Below, one piece after another: positions 13,683-28,200 of a DNA stretch of 64,000 nt. The notes beneath the pieces are model-generated. The model saw only the letters and a list, made by a program, of their open reading frames with translations, was not told the DNA's origin and searched no databases. Position numbers and translations under genes: made by a program. The stretch is from Thalia democratica (taxonomy: Eukaryota): the NCBI GenBank assembly GCA_965202585.1, contig OZ241831.1, positions 57,412,001-57,476,000 on the forward strand, given 5' to 3'. Position 1 is the first letter of the stretch. Each line of letters opens with the position of its first letter.

Positions 13683-14392
13683 CAGGGTTGCCACAGATCA
13701 AGCTGAAAAAAATTTTCTGACTATTTACTAAAATTTTCCTGACTTTTCTAAATCAAACTCGTATTTTAAACTTATTTTAAAATAGATATAAAGCACTTGA
13801 AACTATATAAAGCTTTCAATCTCGTTTTTATACAGGTTAAAACGAAAGTTTTTTTTTATTGAATTTAATCATCTAACTTCCCTTACATCACTTGAACTAT
13901 CTTGATACATACAATACTAAAGTTAGTGCTTAATTTTAAAGAACTTAATTATATTCTTAAACAAAAACTCTTTTATTCTTAAAGATAAACTTTTGTGTAT
14001 ATATTACAAATTCACTATGAAAATGTCCTTACCACAGATCATCAATACTTAAATGCATACAAAATTGCTTTTTTAAGTAGGGTAGTTCTTCTATATATTA
14101 ATAGAAAAGTGTTGCATTTTTATAACGAAGTTTTTATTAGTTTTCACCAGATGAAGGTATTAGAAATCAATTAATTTTGTAAGTTTCTGGGAAAATTTTA
14201 GTCTGACTTTAAAGAAGTTTTAATTAATTTTTTATATTATGAAGGCTTTGGAAAATAAGAAATTCTGTAAATTTGAACTGCCGAATTCTGAGGATTTCAT
14301 AAATTTTGTCAAGTTTTCTGACTTTTTTTTAAAACCAATATTTTTTCTTTTCTGTCATTTTTTTAGTTTTTCCTGACCTTGTGGCAGCTCTA
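13683..14392. mobile_element. Old CAGGGTTGCCA-type non-autonomous DNA transposon (paralog 62149-62818)
   Basis: Ends cagggttgccaca / tgtggcagctcta; subterminal ttcctgac repeats; flanks tgtaag / tgtaga here and a perfect TGTAGG pair in the paralog. Confidence 0.65.
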
Positions 14393-16859
14393 TGTAGATT
14401 TCAAATCTCACCTGATTATTCATCAGACCACTTACTCCTAGTCATAAAACCCACAATTTCCAGTGTAGGTTAGTTATACCAAAAACTCTATAACAGCTCA
14501 AAATTTTATAATTGCGTCACTATTTTTTTTTGCCGACCTAAATACAGCTACCTATTGGATACCCTGGTCTTAAGAAGCAATGTTCAAAAAATCAAGACAC
14601 GCTTTATCAGTAATAATGGTGCATTTCCATAAAATTATGCCTTGCTTAAGCGTTTAGGTAAAATTTATTATCTTTAAAACAAAAATATAAAAAATAATTT
14701 TTCAATTTGCATATCTATATGCTTCACTCAAAACATACTTGCCAAAAAAACTAATAGTAATTATCAGAAAGACAAAAAAAAATCATGAAACATTTAAAAA
14801 AAGCTGTTTAATTTTAAGTTATCACGACACTTTATAACAACTATAGCTAAAGTGATAAGCTCTTTATTTTTTTCTTCATAAACCCGGCTGTCTTATCAGC
14901 ATATTTAAGTTATACGTCTGTTTTTATATAGAAACACTTTAATAAATCAAATCATTACTTTTTCAGTTTAATGAAAATGAGCCAAAAATTACCACAGTTC
15001 ATCTTAACAAGAGTATTTTAATATTTTGTTATACTGTTTACTTACTTATTAATAAGAAATACAAAACAATAAAAATTGTAACCAAGTTTAATTACAGAAT
15101 AAATAAAACGCAATAGCATATAGTTTATGTCAGGTTAACTTTTAAAATGAGCTACGATAATTAGTGTATGTACAACATGCTAAATAAACTTCAGGGGTTG
15201 AAAATCATAATTACAAAAAATACCCTAAAATAATAAATAAATAAAAAGTACCCCCGTGTTAAAACTTAAACTCAAATAAAGCATACACCGTCGCTGAGGC
15301 AGTGGCGTGACTAAAACAAAAGTTACAATTTAATTGTGACGTAACATACTCTTGTGGTAGCTATATGGAGTATGTTCACATATTTGTTGGCTTAAATATT
15401 TTTTTTATAATAAAATGAATATAGTTATACAAAAGTTTTCGAAGATATAATTTTGTTTGAACTTTAACAACTGACATGTTTCTTTTATTTTGCAAGTTCT
15501 TTTTCTATTTATTATAGTACTAAAAGCTACAAATACTACAATAAAACAGCTGTAAATACTGATTTTTAATTAATGGAAAGTCTCCTGCGAAGCAAACTAC
15601 TTTTAAGTTAAAGACAACGTATGCAAAACGATAAAAACTTTGCTTATTTACAACAAATCATAAAAAAAAAGTATTCTTAAGAATTTGTGAGTTAACAAAC
15701 TTATTTTGATGATTATTATGGTACAATATAACTATGCTTTTGAAGAAAATTTTAAATAGTTTTTTTTTAATGATTAAAATTATAAGCTCCTAAATTTTCA
15801 AGCTAAAAATCAACTTCAAATATAATGTAACATAATTTTGATACTCTTTTAACTTTTTAAGAAGTCAGTTAATAAATTTAATAGCGTTATACTAAAGTTT
15901 TCAACGATATAGCTTTGTTTAAACTTCAATATCCGACGCTGAAAATGTAATATAAAAACCAATCTTTATAATTTTTAATGATGTCAATACAATATATACA
16001 TTAATTAACTAATGTAGATGCTATATTATTTTATAATATGTAAATAAGAGTTTTGAAATAGAAATATGTAATCCCTGCTTTTGCCTGCAACTTAACACAT
16101 TGGCTAAAGTTACAACTGAAGAAGAAGAATTTTGAACATTCGGTTTCAGAAGTTTTTTAATTGATTAATTAATTAATAAATGAGAAATAATTGTACTTTT
16201 AATGTGTTTTTAAGTAACTTTAATTGACTAACTTTTGATTTATTATAACAACTAGAACTAGTTAACCATTAAATCAAAATTTAAACACTACAACACTAAA
16301 AACTATAATAGGGTTGCAACACACTCAGTATAATTACCGAACATTCTGTATAAGTCAGATCAATTTGATTTTGAAAAGAAAAACTCAGGATGACTTATAC
16401 CAGTTTAATTAATTAATTACAAATTTAGGATGGTTTTAAGATATTTAAAAGTATCTGGTCATTTTTTAGATATTTAATTTGATTTAGTGGATTTTTCTAA
16501 TAAAAATATGTAAACAAATTGTTTGCAAACTTGATAATGTTTTTTAATATATATTGAAATTGAAGATGTTATATGTTTACGTGGTAGAACAAAATAATGT
16601 TTTTTTTTAGCTGGTTTAAGAATTGTTTAGTTTTAGTGGAAATGTAAAATAGTTTGCATTGTTAGAATTTTAAACTCTACTTATGAAATAGTTCTAGTTT
16701 AGTTTAAAGAATAGAACTACAAAAACGTAATAATCAGAACTTTTTAGATGATCTATAAACTGTTTCACCCACATAAGTTAAAAAACATTTGTAATTGCAA
16801 ATAATAGTCTTGTATTTTGTTTAAAACTTAAACCTCAGTTTTAATCTTATCAAAGTGTT

Positions 16860-19800
16860 CTGGTATATTATTAAAATAATTATTATGCCCAAAACAACTC
16901 CTGTTAGTCGAAACAACAAGCGATCACTTCCTACAAGTCGAAGCGTACCAACTGCTGCTGACCAAAAGGTTTGTTCTGAATAAAAAAAAGTTATAGATCA
17001 TTTAATTTTAAACCAATTAATGTTTGTGAAACTGACCAAACTCAAAAACTAATAAGTTATAACTTGCTGATATAACTATAAAAAATTAGTGTTTTAAAAA
17101 CAATCCGTTTTAATTTATTTTCTGGTCTAATTTAAGGATTGTAAAAAATTGGGGTTGATATTTCTATTAAGAGTTTTAATTGTTTTATAAATATATTTTT
17201 AATTTTTAAAGTTATAATTATAGTATTTACAGTATATTAAAAATGTAAATATTCACAGTATCCAACTACTCCTGTACCTTAAAACATAATACAACTTTTT
17301 ATGTCGGTTTATTAAAATTTCACGATATATTTATTTCTTAATTTATCTTATTATACTAAAAAATTTTAATTTGTTAAGCTACTTTTAAAACTAATGCCAC
17401 ATTGCTTTAAAAATTTATTCGTATTTATAACAAAATATTTTTAATTAAGTTTAAACTTTTAATATCTTGATAACAACTATGTATGATTACAAAACAAGAG
17501 CTCTAGTATCCAAAAAATATTAAGTTTCTTCTTAAATATGATTATAAGTAATAATTAATAATTAATGATTAAAATACTTACTCAATGAAAAAAAAAGGTA
17601 GTTTATAATTTGTTTCTAAAATAAAGCATGGATGGTTGCCTTGAATATTTTTTTAGTTTTCCCGATACGATTTATAAAGTAATGCTTTAAAGTCAATTCT
17701 TCATAAGAACTTACTTATTCATAAGATAAAGCAACTGTTTAGTAATAAAGTATTTATTTTTTTTCTAGAAATCAGTTTTAAGAGACTTATTTGCTTCAGT
17801 TAAGAATTTAGTGGTGACCTACATGTTCTTATAGCCATCAAAATACAAATAAATATTATTTCTATTTATAAATATTCTCATACAAATAAAGTTAAAATGT
17901 GTTTGTATGATCAACATTTTTCTTTGGTTTGTTTTTTTTTGTAGCATATTTTTAATTAAGTTAATTTTAATTTGAACAACTCAAGTGACCTAAATGAAAC
18001 GTTCTTTATTTATGTGTATTTACTAAGGCAACAAAAAAATACTTGAACAAATTTAGTACATGATGCTTGTTTTCATTTGTTTGATTTTTTAATTATAAAG
18101 TTTATTTTTTTAAATTACTTGTGTTCAATCTTATTCAGCTCATATTAGAATGTTTCACTTTAAGTATAGTAATCCATATGTTAGTGTTTTAACAATTTAT
18201 TAAATTATTTATAATCGTTTTCAGATGCAGTGTGGGCAAGGAGGTGAAACATCACGCATTGGGACGCCTGTGGTTGCAAAGGAGAAGTGCCGAAAATCTA
18301 CTGGCAAAAAGGTTTGTTTGAATAAAAATAAAGTTTTTTTTTTGTTTACAATTATAGCCTCATAACGTTTGTGAGTGTAAGATGGATTCGACAAACTATT
18401 GTTAACATTTTTAGTTAAGACCTTGAGTATTTAGGTTTTTTAGCTGAAAAATTTCGTTCAAGCATAGTTATTGTATACGAAACTTTATTTTGTATATATA
18501 CTATTGTAAGCTTTTTATTTAATTTTTTGATATAAACTTAATCTGTAGAAACATTAGTTCTTCATAATCTGTTAATTTTTATGATTATTTGTTATGTGTG
18601 ATGTCATTTTTACTAAGTAATTTTACTTTTAGTTAAGACATAAGCTTACAAATGAATTTATTAGTAAATTTTAAAGTTTTGATAATCATATGTAATTTAA
18701 CTTTGCTTAATTAATGTTCTGATTATAAAACAAAACTGTCCTCTAAGTTTTGATTTGTTGTCACAAACTCACGCTACTTACAAAAATTATAAAGTTAAAA
18801 ATTAAACAACTAATATAATTCTGATTTTTTTATATATAAGTCTTTAATATTTTTCTACTATACTTAATTTAAAAAGTTGTTAATTAAGTCATAATTGTTT
18901 TTTGAAATTAAAGTATCATTAATTAATTATATGAAAAACTAGTTTTTAAGATTCAGTTAAAACTTAGCCAAGTTTTTACTTATTTAGTTACCAATAAAGT
19001 AACACAATTTAAACTTTGTTTTAGCAATTATTAACACAACTTAACTTTTAAAAATGTAATACTTCATTTAAATAAATTTTATTTAGTATATCAGTGTTGT
19101 CTTTAATAGTTTATAAAATTAATTTTTATTTTTATAACGGTTTTGACTTCGTTTTTCAATATTTTTTTTTTGAAAACGATTGAATGTAATTGTAATACTT
19201 CTAGTTAAATAGTTGAAAAGTTGAAAAGTTCTAGTTGAAGGGATCTTAGGGATTACTGTTTTACAAACAAGACCTATATCTAAAATCTAAAGTAATTTTT
19301 AAATCGTTTACTTGCTTCCAATGACAAGTTAAGTTGTTCTTATAACCGCCAAAACAAAAGTATTCGCTTAATTTAAAAACAAGAACAATGTAGCTTTTTT
19401 TTTTGAAATTGAATTAAAACATCATATTTTTTCTTTTTGTTATCAAAAGTTATGAAATTAGTTTAAACCAGCAAACCAAAAATTATCTATCAGTATCAAA
19501 ACTACACAACAAATATCTTTATTTTTTTGATTTATTAGCTTGTACTGGTTTGTTAATCATTTTAAAGATTTATGTATTTAGATTAAAAATTTTTTGATTA
19601 CAAAAACGATTTGTATAATATATTTATTATTATTAGTTTAACTATTTATTCTCGTTTCTACTGAAGCTCTATATGTTCTAATTTATTTTTAGTATAGTGC
19701 ATCCGGGTTAAGTAAGAAGAAACAAGAAAAGCTTGCAACAAAAGAATACAGAAAACCTACATGGATTGAAAAGTATTTAAAAAATAAATCTTCATTTCGT

Positions 19801-21350
19801 GAGGTTTGTTTGAATGTTTGTTTTAACTTTACTCTTCTTGAAATTTACTTACTTTAAAACTTCAAGGGTTTGCAACGTTAATTTACTTAACCAGTAATTT
19901 GTTTCGAAGATCGGTCATTAATAGATAAATTTTAAATTTTAAGTTTACTTATATTCGTTATAAGGTACTAAAGTTAATTTTATTAAAATTTCGTTTTATT
20001 GTTATAGCTTTAGAAGCTGATATAGTAAAACATTTTTACTAATTTAGCTTTTTTTTTTTTCATTATGATTTAAAACTGTTGTTTACACTAATGCCCGTAT
20101 ACATTCCTCAAAGCAGAAATGAGCCTCGATTGACGTTTTTAGCCTTTTTTTAGTCCGAGTATTTTTTATTACTTAATGTAAAATGCTTTAGGGGCAGCTA
20201 CTTACTAGCATTTCTAAGCTTTTGTTTCAGTATATAACCAAAAGAAGAAATTTAAGTAAAATGCTTAATGAAAAATTTTTAAATCAGAAACTTTACGTAT
20301 GTCAAAAGATTATCTTATGGTTTTTATAATTTTAATGTGCCTTATGCTTAACTTAAATTATTTCTAGAATATAAGCAGGAAGTAAGAATTAGCTATAAAA
20401 ACAAATTAATATGTTGTAAAATTTTCTAATTAGACTTGAATCGCAAATTCATAATGACGTCATAATCAATGAAACGTAATGAGAGCTTCTTAAAGACAAA
20501 AATTCTACCCTATTTAACATTAGTTTTCAAATTAAACTGAATGTCACTAGAGTGATTAAATAAAACGGTGCACTATTTGCGAACTAAATACATTAATTTT
20601 GTATAAATATGCTTTGCTCTATGTTATTATTACTAAATTATTCATACTTGTTTTATAAAATTATTTTACGCGCTGCAAACTTTTGCTTATTTTAAAACAC
20701 AATATCAAAACTTAGGCTATAATAAATTTCGCTTTCAAGCAAAATATGTCCTTTCACATTTACATTACCAGTATGTCCCTAACATTTAACTTTTATTTTG
20801 TGCAGTTCTTGAAATTTGTAATTCATTATAAACTGACCATTTAATTTCAACTATTCGACTACGACATTACTACAGAGACGTTTCAATATTTCTTTTAACT
20901 CTATATCTAAGTAAAAATCAATGTTGCTTTGTAATTTTATCTTGCAAGTAACAGGATTAAATTAAATATAATTTATCATAGTAGAATTTTTACTATCAAA
21001 GTTAAATACTGTAGTTGCTTAGTTATGTCTACAAGTTTAAATAGAAAAAATGACATTATCAGGTTTTAATTAAGTATAAGGTAAAAAGTTTTATATTTCA
21101 AAAACTAGAATTTTTTATGTTTTTCTAAACTTATTTTTATCAAAAGATAAACTACATGTAAAACAAATAACACTATTTTTACAATAACAAGCTTATCAAT
21201 AATTGGTTCTTTTTTCCTTATAAAAAACATATTATATCACAAAAATCTGTATTAACACTAACTTTTTTTGTTAAGTGTTTTATCTAAAACAACTTAAAGT
21301 CCTTTAAAATTCTAGTAAAGTCTGTTTTAAAATAAAACAGTACACAGTTT
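16860..21350 (+). repeat. Segmental duplication of the 5' gene half (paralogous to ~44330-48350)
   Basis: Collinear exons 1-2 and introns; about 1 kb containing G2 exon 3 has no counterpart in G3. Confidence 0.85.
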
Positions 21351-23231
21351 TATCAACGTATTCCAGAAAAAAACCATGAAATGAGTGTTTAACTTATTTA
21401 GTTTTCCTAAGGCATTAGCATTTAAAAAAATAACAGTTCAGTGTAATTTTGTCTTCTTAGCGTAACAGTTTTTTTATGTTGTACTTTTCTAAATTTTATT
21501 AACCAGCGATGCGTTTTATAAAATAAGTTCAACGTCAAATTATTTTTTCTTATAATTTTAGCACATAGAGAAAAGTTGTCAATAGATAAGATAGACATTT
21601 AGAGTAAAATTGTATTAAAATTAATTACTGTAAGTGCACTTCAATAATATTTCATAGAATGCAGCTGTTCTGCCAAGTTCGTCATCTTCTGGTTTGCAAA
21701 CGAATGGATCGGGTCAGGATACAGAGGTTGCCCAGATTCAGGATTCTTTGCTTCCAAAAGCTGTTCCTACAGGACCAAATGCCTTACCAGAAGTACGAAA
21801 TCAGCCGACAGAAGCCACACGGGTTGTGGATGCAGCTGATGAACCATTGGCAACTGCTGTGGCCGGATCTGCTAAAAGGAAGAAGTCGCTTTCACAGAAG
21901 TACATTAAGCAACCACCAAATCCACTGTCGACATCTGAAAAGCCATCTAATGTTGAAACCGATTTGCCTTTAACTACTGGGGTTGGGCATACAACATCAG
22001 TAGCGTCAGGTAAAAGCAAAAAAGCAAACAGAGTCACTGAGTTAAACGAAGCTGAACCGGCGGCTTCTGAAAGTACGTTTTCTTCTAGTGTCGCATCGGG
22101 GCTCGGTAAGAGTGTGCAAGTAAAGCAATCCGAAGTTCGATCGTCTGAAAATCAGCATACATCTGAACATATGTTAGATCAGCCAACTAAGAAGAACGCA
22201 ATAGGAGGTGCTGAAGAAAATTTGACTGCAATCGGCAATGAAGATAAGCAGGTAGCTGTGTTACCAATAGATGAGTCTGAACAGCCAGTGAACGAAGATC
22301 ATGAATTTGTTCAGGATGTTAGTGTAACGGATCATGTTCAGGAATCACCTGATGTTCGCAGTAATGAGGCGCAACAACATACACTGGTAGCAGGACATCA
22401 GAACGAGGTGTTGTCAGAAGACATCGATGATAAGTGGAGCCAACAAGAAGACACCAGAGAGCAGCAGAACGGCAACTCACAAGTTGCAGCTGCTAGTCAG
22501 CCTGATGATGGAGTCATTACTGATAATCAAGAGGTGAGTATCTTTTCTATAGTAGTTATCTAACATTTAATAAGGTGGGGTCTCTATTTTTTTCTGATTA
22601 GTTCTAATAATAAAAAACTATAATCGTTAACATGTAAATAAAGTGTCCTTTAGTTTTACTCAGATTAGTTTTTATAAAAAATCTCGAGGCGGAATTGTCT
22701 TACAATTGTCAAAATAAGTGGTTGGTGTATTTTTTTGATAATTTGCTAACTAACAAACTAAGTATATTGATTAAGAATAAATTGTTTTACGACTTTTAAA
22801 ATTTGTTATATCTGAATGCAATCGGTTTTTTTTTTATTGAAGTTAATGTTTTATCACAGAACAGAGGTAATAGTCAGATGAAACACAATGATGCTACCAA
22901 CCGTGATGCTGATCGGAGAGTTGCTCGAACTGATCAAGTTGACGGAAGTGTGAGAAATGGTGAGGATTACAAAAAGTACGTGAGGCTTACAGTGCAGCAG
23001 CTGAAATTCAACCAGCACTACTCCTTGGATCTGTATATGAAGTTGATGTCCTCAATTGGTAAACCGGCCTCATTGGAAAATTATAGGAAAAACTTGTCCG
23101 CCGTACATTTCATTGTGGCCGAGCATTCCCACAAAGATTTTTTGAGGGATTTCTCGCCACGTTTCGATGAAAAGAGGCGAGAGTTCTTTACTCAGTTTTA
23201 TACTTACCCTAATTTATTTCATCCCGCTTAG
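16885..23231 (+). CDS. Paralog G2, 509 aa: basic N-terminus, long S/E/Q/D-rich disordered exon, conserved C-terminal domain; no MBD-like module
   Basis: Exons 16885-16968 (MPKTTP...DQK), 18225-18311, 19693-19803, 21658-22533, 22860-23231; all phase-0 GT-AG introns and one open frame of 1530 nt. Exons 1, 2, 4 and 5 are homologous to G3 exons. Confidence 0.85.
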
Positions 23232-25230
23232 AGTTATAAAGTTTTTATAGCGAGATAGTAGTAGTTTTGTATTTTAAAACTTCAATATAAAGCATTTTTG
23301 CCCATTAGTTAATTATATGTTAGTTTGAGATAATTATTTGAAATTTTTTTGAATATAATTACTATTAGACACATTTTCTTGCAATATAGGTAGTTTTAGA
23401 TTGTTTTACACTTTTAGCTTAGTCTTTTGCAAAACCTTTATGAAATAATTAAACTTATATGTTAAATTATATACTTTGACAATGATTTAAATGAAATTTT
23501 TCCAAAGCACAAATTGATAACTTTATAAATTTTTGTGTACAGTTTTGAATGGATTGTTATGTCGTAGTTGTGTTATTAAAGTATAAATTAGAATATGAAG
23601 TGTTTCTTTATTTATCTTAACTAATGTTAATGCTTGCATAGTTATTGAATTTTAATGCATTCTATAGATTATATCATAAAATATTTCAATTCTGGTTTTT
23701 ACAAAAAGAATACTAGCTATAAACTGACTATTCATTTTCGTTATATACTTAATATATAAAAGAAATAAAAATAACTGAAACAATTTTAACTCAAAACTAG
23801 TATTAGCTTAATTTAAATATGCAAAGTATTTGGACAAAAGCAATAAAATAGTTTAAGTGTAGAAAATAAATTAAATGAAAATTTTTAGTTGTTCGTTTAA
23901 TTAAATACAAACTTAGGACGCATGTAAAGTTTTATAATAAATACTTAACATCACTAATTTCTAGATATAAAGTCACAAAGCTCACTTTTAATCTATTTAG
24001 TGTTGCTTCAAATTAAATCAAGTTCATTACTTATATAGACTATGTAATAATGCCAGGAAGTTTTGTAATTTTAAGTTTTATATAAAAATAATGTATAATT
24101 TTTAAAACGCTAATTTATATCTAGCTAACATTTCAATTTACTTATTAATAAGTATTTTCACACTTGTTGGATTTATACAATATATTACAAAATTACATAT
24201 AAACAAGCTACTTTAATATACTTTTAAACTGCAGTAGTTCAAAAATGTGTCTTTAAAATTTCAAGTAAATATAAGTATGTCTAATTTATTTGTGTAGAAA
24301 GTATAAGCTTAGAAAAGTTTGAACTTAAGTAGGTAAGTTGTTACTCAAGCTCTAATAGTTCTGCTCTGTAAGTTTTTTTTAAAAACTTTGTTATAAAACA
24401 CCTGCTATATTAATGTCTGAACAAGCGAGCACCACTTTAAATTCAAAGACAAGTTAAAATAGGTTTGAACAAACACTTAAGTCTTTGCGTTTTTTTGTTT
24501 TCTGGGAAAGTCTTAGCGGACTATAAGTAGTGCTAAAAAATTTACAAAACGTATTAAGAATTTCTTAAAAGTAAAGTTATTTTTGTAGAAATTATTTACT
24601 AAGTTTTATAAAAAATATTAGTATTCGTGCAAACTATAAGCTTTATTTACTATAAGGTTTCATTAAGGAAAAAATTCCGATTTTTTTAAGTATAATTAAG
24701 TAGCAAACTAATTAGTATTTTATTAACCTTGACAAGGTCTGAGTTTTGTTTTACATTGAAACCTGGTGTATAATAAAATATTCCATTTGCATTAATGTTA
24801 TCTATTAAATAAGCTTTAGTGTTAACAATTACTACATCCGCTTATAAATAAAGTTAAAAATGCAAATGTTGTTTAAATATAAGGTTTTATCATATTAATC
24901 GAGCATAAAACCACAAGCCTTCTGTAGACTGAGACCCGGGCTTCGTTATTATTAAATCTCGTCAGTCAACCGCAACCTAAAATTTTTCTAAATTCTAAAA
25001 ATAGTTTTTCATGTTTTAGAGTGAGAAAACCGTTTGCTAGTATTGATTAGTAGCATTTTAAATAATCTAAACCATATCAGACATTTATTCAATTAGATTA
25101 AATACTCGTTAGTAAAGAATTAAAAAATTCTGAAATATGGTTTTCAAGATGTTTTTAATTTACACTAGATTTTCTGTGGTTTGTAACTGATAGTAAATGT
25201 AACAACAACTGCGGTCTGCAAAGATTTCCA
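22740..25230 (+). repeat. More diverged third copy of the last exon and downstream region (cf. 4330-6900 and 55750-58230)
   Basis: Shared 3' UTR start (tttttatagcgagatagt) and collinear downstream motifs. Confidence 0.8.
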
Positions 25231-28200
25231 AATTTTAGCTCGTTACTAACAAAAGTCTGTTTACTTCTGAATAAAGGGGGCTTATATGTGAATGAGTTTA
25301 GAGAACTATAGTTTAAACAGATTTTCTACTGTTTTAGTAAAATTTTAAAAGTAATGGTGACCTCACCATGACTTCTCTCTAAATAGTATAATTTATTTAA
25401 CGACAAAAAAGACGCTCCAAATATTTAGTCCAAAAGTTAATTTATTATTTTTTTTTTACTGTTTTAGTAATACCACTCCAAGACTTCTCTTTAAAAATTT
25501 CCAGATAAAGAATTTTTTTAAAGTCTACATAACCATTGAAATAATTTATACAAATATAAATACGAAAGACTGTTAAAATTGCAATTGTAACAATAAATTA
25601 GTTTAAACTTAATCATTTTATACAACTTTTTTATAGCCGAGTGTTAGCAACTTTTTATGATAAGTTGGCTGATTTTTATTATAAATGTTTAGTGGGTCAC
25701 ATAAAAGCAAAAAGTCTTTGTTTAAAAATAAAGCACTATCAAAGAATAAAAATATGTTTAATTGAAGATGTGCAATTAAATGAACGCCTAATTGCATTTA
25801 ACTTTAAAAAAAATGCATTTAAAAATTTTTATAAAGCTTTTACTTATTTGTACTACATTGGTTGTTGTTCGACTAAAAAGCACGTTTTGTTTGCCGATCG
25901 CTGTCTTAAGTGTATTTAAAATGAGTAAAAATAAAAAAAATTGAAATTTTTTTAAAAGTTATTAAACAATACCAATTTAAAACTAAAAAGTGTTGAACGG
26001 GTAATCATAACATTGCATAAATATATAAAACTAGACTAAAAATACTGAAAGAAAATTTATTATACTTACGAATAGTGTATAGCTTTAAATTTAAATTTTT
26101 ACATAGAATATGCAAACAAAAACTATTTTGACATACTATTAATTTAATTAAACTATAAGAGGAAATAAACAATTATTTATATCTGGCTGACTAAAATGCT
26201 GTAAAAACAAAATACAAGATAAAAGAATATTGCTTTGCTGCTATAATTGAATTTTTGTTTTTTAAGAAGTTGTTAAAGCCATGCTTTTTTTTTTGAGCTG
26301 CTAGAAACAAACGAACTTTCAGTTTAAAAACTTAACAAACTTTTTGTTTTGAATTGAAGTGTCTCCTTTAAGTAACTCATAAACTCATCGTCAAGATGTT
26401 AATTATTATATTTATACTTTTTGACTACCAGGTTTCTGATCTTTAAAATTAGTATGAAAAGTTACGTATACATATTTTTTTAAGGAATTTTATGCTTATT
26501 TTTTCAACTCGTTTTGAAATTAAGACCATTTCAACTCCTTTTAAAATATGATATTTGTTAAATTTTTATTAATAACACAAAAGTTTAGTTTTTAGTTATT
26601 TCGGATTTTTCGAAGTTATATTAATCGGATACGTGTTCAAACAAAGTTGCAAAAAATATCTGTAATAGTTAATTCGTTTGAATAACTTTACAGACTTATG
26701 TTATTATATTAAAAATTAATTTTGGCATAAATTGAATAAGAGGTCTGCATTCCAACATGTTGTTTATTTAATATAGACTTAAGTAAATCTTACCAAAATA
26801 GCTGTAACTAAAATCAATTTAATCATAAATAAACAAGGAGCGTATTCATAAAAAACATTTTCAGTTATATAAAAAAATATATATTTTTATTATTTATTAC
26901 AATTTGTTTATTTTACTCATCAAAAACCTTTTTTTAACAAACTTTTCTTGCTAAATATTTATAAGTCATTTTATTATTTATTTATAAAACGCTGCTGAAC
27001 ATCGACTAAACTGTAAAAAAATTAATGATTACAACTTTTAAAAACTGATAGTAAGTGATTATCTATAAAATTCCTTATTTTTATTTGGTATAATTTAAAT
27101 GTACAGTTTAATAACTTTTAAGATATCAATACGTTAAATCTAAGTAACTGCTATAAAATTAGTTAACTTTAAACTAATTTTACTACGTTTAAAACGGATA
27201 ATTTTGATACAGATGCTCATAAACTAACAAAAAAGTAAAAAAAAAGTTTTTTGATGTGTAAAATTAAACTTATAGTTTTTAAAAATAAAGTGATTTCATA
27301 TTCAAACTTTGCGTGTATAATTACATATTAAAACAGTTTTTTCTAACTGTTGGTTGATAGTAATAAAATATTTGCAGTTGTATGCTGTCTTAAGTTAAGA
27401 ATATTATTTATTCTTTAATTTTTAATAAAGATTATAGATACTTAAAAGTGTTAATCAGCTTTAAAAGTATAAATTACGATATTATATACTGTGGAAAATC
27501 TAGCAGTTAAATTATTTCAGTTTTGGTGATATTATAAAAGAAACTGTTAAAAACTATAGCACAGAAGAAAAAAAATGCATTAACTAATATTAGTCTATAA
27601 TATGTAATTTTTATATTTGAGAACTAAAAAGTTAAAAGTCTCTATTTTAGAAAAGCACCACAGTAAAATAGAGTTTGTTAATTTTATTTTTCTAATTATA
27701 CTTAAGTTATTCAACACTACTTTTTGAAGCACAAAAGTTATTGAAATAGAGAAAATTATAACTATTTATTAAAAATTTATTTATTTATTAAGAAAAATAT
27801 CTATTTAATTTTAGTAACATAAAGTTCGTTTAAGCAATTAAACTTTTTTGTCTAAAGTAAATATTTTCAATTTACTTGTTAATTACTTAAACAAATTTAA
27901 TGTTATTTAAATTAAACAGACACTTTTCTTAATTATTCAAAATTAAGTCATAAAAAATTATTGTGCTGCTTTTTTAAAAACAATACAAAAGCTACTCTTT
28001 TTAATCTCAAGTTTTTTATATATATAGCTGTGAACAATTTAGCTGGATAATATTTAATTTTTTCATATTCAAAATTTTTATAATACCTAGTTTTTAGTTT
28101 TATTTACAATTTCTTCCATTTTTTTTAACACTTATTTTTAGACTTTAAAACAATAATAGACAATCTTTAGAGAACTTAAAGTGATTTTTTTTTGTTTTCA

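Larger units (their letters stand above)
1607..14680 (+). repeat. Segmental duplication, copy 1 (paralogous to 52696-64000)
   Basis: Collinear exons, introns and about 10 kb of downstream sequence, e.g. 14581 tgttcaaaaaatcaagac = ~63877. The copies differ by TE insertions. Confidence 0.95.
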
